A program made the position numbers and the translations under genes. This document shows positions 22,598-24,000 of a stretch of 24,000 nt of DNA, one piece after another. The DNA comes from Nitratidesulfovibrio sp. 1201_IL3209. GTDB lineage: Bacteria > Desulfobacterota > Desulfovibrionia > Desulfovibrionales > Desulfovibrionaceae. The stretch is taken from NCBI RefSeq assembly GCF_036763125.1, contig NZ_JBAIYT010000015.1, forward strand, positions 1,317 to 25,316, read 5' to 3'. The stretch's first letter is position 1; each line of letters opens with the position of its first letter. Under the pieces are notes generated by a model that worked only from the letters and a program-made list of their open reading frames with translations, did no database searches and was not told the origin of the DNA.

Positions 22598-23340
22598 ACA
22601 CTACGCACGCAGCCCCCTCCCGCGCCCTGTTCGTGGTGGGCACGGACACGGGCGTGGGCAAGACGGTGGTCTCCATGCTGCTGCTGCGCGAGCTGTTCGC
22701 GCGGGGGGAGCGGCCGTTCTACGCCAAGCCCATGCAGACCGGGTGCAGGGATCCGTACGACACGGACAGCGACGCGGCCTTCGTGTACCAGCACGTTCCG
22801 GAACTGGCCGGGCGCGACCCGGCGGAGGCGGTGGGGTGGTGCTTCGCGGCGCCCAAAGCTCCGCTCCACGCCGCGCGGGACGAACTGCGCGGCGTGGAGA
22901 CGGAAGACCTGGTGCGCAGTCTGGCATGTCTGCGCGGTGAACACGCCTCGCTGGTCCTCGAGGGCGCGGGCGGCCTGATGGTGCCGTTCACGCCGGAAGC
23001 CCTGTGCATCGACTGCATCCGGGCCGCCGACGCCCGTCCCGTGCTGGTGGCGCGGGCGGGGCTGGGCACCGTGAACCACACGCTCCTCTCGGTGGAGGCG
23101 CTGGTCCGGAGAGGGATGGAACCGGCAGGGATCGTTTTCGTTCACACCAAGGAACGTTCCGCATCCCCGGACCTTGTGCGGGACAACATGGAGGCGGTAG
23201 CCATGCTGTCCGGTTTTCCGGTGAGCGGCGTGGTGCCGCCCATCGAAAATCTGCTGCATCCGCCCGACGCCGCCTTCGCGCCGCTGCGGCGCATGCTCGA
23301 CGTGCTGGACGGGACGGACAGGGTGACGACGCCCTGCTGA
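22594..23340 (+). CDS. bioD: Dethiobiotin synthetase, 248 aa
   Basis: FVVGTDTGVGKT P-loop, LVLEGAGGLMVP, GTVNHTLL. ATGA overlap with the bioF stop. Confidence 0.92.
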   Translation: MNTTHAAPSRALFVVGTDTGVGKTVVSMLLLRELFARGERPFYAKPMQTGCRDPYDTDSDAAFVYQHVPELAGRDPAEAVGWCFAAPKAPLHAARDELRGVETEDLVRSLACLRGEHASLVLEGAGGLMVPFTPEALCIDCIRAADARPVLVARAGLGTVNHTLLSVEALVRRGMEPAGIVFVHTKERSASPDLVRDNMEAVAMLSGFPVSGVVPPIENLLHPPDAAFAPLRRMLDVLDGTDRVTTPC

Positions 23341-23352
23341 GTCCCGGCGGGA

Positions 23353-24000
23353 CTAGGCGTCAGGAAAAAACGCCATCAAGTCCGAAAGCTCTTCCCGGCG
23401 GCGGATCAGCCGGGGCTGCCCGTCCAGGCCGATGAGCACCTCGGCCGGGCGCAGCCGCTGGTTGTACGTGGAACTCATGGCGTAGCCGTAGGCCCCGGTG
23501 TCCAGCACGCCCAGGATGTCGCCCTCCTGGATGGCGGGCAGCGCACGTTCCCTGGCCATGATGTCGCCGCTCTCGCAGATGTTGCCCACCACGGTCTGGG
23601 GGTGCAGGGCCGCGTCGGGCGCGCCGCCCGCGCGGTAGACCTCGATGTCGTGGTGCGCGTCGTACATCACCGGGCGGGCCAGCACGTTGAAGCCAAGGTC
23701 GGTGCCCACGTAGCGGGTGGGGCCGTTGTGCTTGGTGGCGTGCACCGTGCCCAGCAGCAGGCCGCATTCGGCCACCACGTAGCGGCCCGGCTCGACGTAG
23801 AAGCGGCCCCTGTACCCGGTGCGTTCCGACCAGGCGGAAATGAGCGCGTGGAACCGTTCCGCCGTGGCGGCCAGGTCCAGCCGGGGCTGCTCTTCATACT
23901 TGCGGTAGGGAATGCCGAAGCCGCCGCCGAAGTCGATGACCTCCACGGTGTCGAACTTCTCCGCCACGGACAGCAGGAAGTCCGCCGCCGCCACGTACCC
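23353..24000 (-). CDS. lysA: Diaminopimelate decarboxylase (PLP-dependent, fold-type III), C-terminal part; 5' end lies beyond the window
   Basis: DFGGGFGIPY, FYVEPGRY, GNICESGD and DTGAYGYAMSSTYN motifs. The frame stays open to position 24000. A related ornithine/arginine-type decarboxylase cannot be fully excluded without the N-terminus. Confidence 0.8.
   Translation of the reverse strand, partial: GYVAAADFLLSVAEKFDTVEVIDFGGGFGIPYRKYEEQPRLDLAATAERFHALISAWSERTGYRGRFYVEPGRYVVAECGLLLGTVHATKHNGPTRYVGTDLGFNVLARPVMYDAHHDIEVYRAGGAPDAALHPQTVVGNICESGDIMARERALPAIQEGDILGVLDTGAYGYAMSSTYNQRLRPAEVLIGLDGQPRLIRRREELSDLMAFFPDA

Noticed and set aside
23340-23354. Palindrome agtccc-ggc-gggact between convergent bioD and lysA, considered as a bidirectional terminator
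   Set aside because: The stem is only 6 bp with a 3-nt loop, it overlaps both stop codons, and neither side has a U-tract. The evidence is too weak to annotate.

Overview
High-GC window, estimated by eye at about two-thirds G+C. The gene content and order look like the chromosome of a Desulfovibrio-type sulfate reducer. That attribution is from memory of D. vulgaris-group synteny and was not checked by any search. I call 22 protein-coding genes and find no rRNA, tRNA, CRISPR array or mobile element.

Left third: a nitrosative-stress style module. It holds hybrid cluster protein (hcp), an hcp-associated ferredoxin-like protein with a His-rich linker, an Fe-alcohol dehydrogenase translationally coupled to a cytoplasmic PAS/PAS histidine kinase, and a convergent CRP/FNR (HcpR-like) regulator. 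A matching candidate operator lies upstream of hcp.

Middle: a small acidic protein, an HD-GYP phosphodiesterase, gltX, an Nfu-type Fe-S protein, and an overlapping MATE-transporter/DUF2156 gene pair.

Right half: birA lies divergent from a nine-gene biotin operon, with a textbook BirA operator between them. The operon order is bioB, bioA, five fatty-acid-synthase-like genes, bioF, bioD. The five inserted genes are a hotdog dehydratase, an SDR ketoreductase, a long ACP-like protein, a KAS I/II-type ketosynthase and a second hotdog-like protein. A convergent, truncated lysA follows the operon.

The embedded FAS-like cassette is the most interesting system. No bioC/bioH/bioW/bioI/bioZ-type gene is visible in the window, so the cassette is a candidate dedicated, biochemically uncharacterised route to the pimeloyl moiety of biotin. 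The two hotdog proteins appear to carry complementary halves of the FabZ His/Glu dyad.

All family calls rest on motifs I recognised in the supplied translations. Starts are inferred from SD-like sequences, gene overlaps and remembered homolog N-termini. No BLAST, HMM or folding computation was run. Most long ORFs in the track that lie antisense to, or out of frame with, these genes are treated as GC-driven artefacts.
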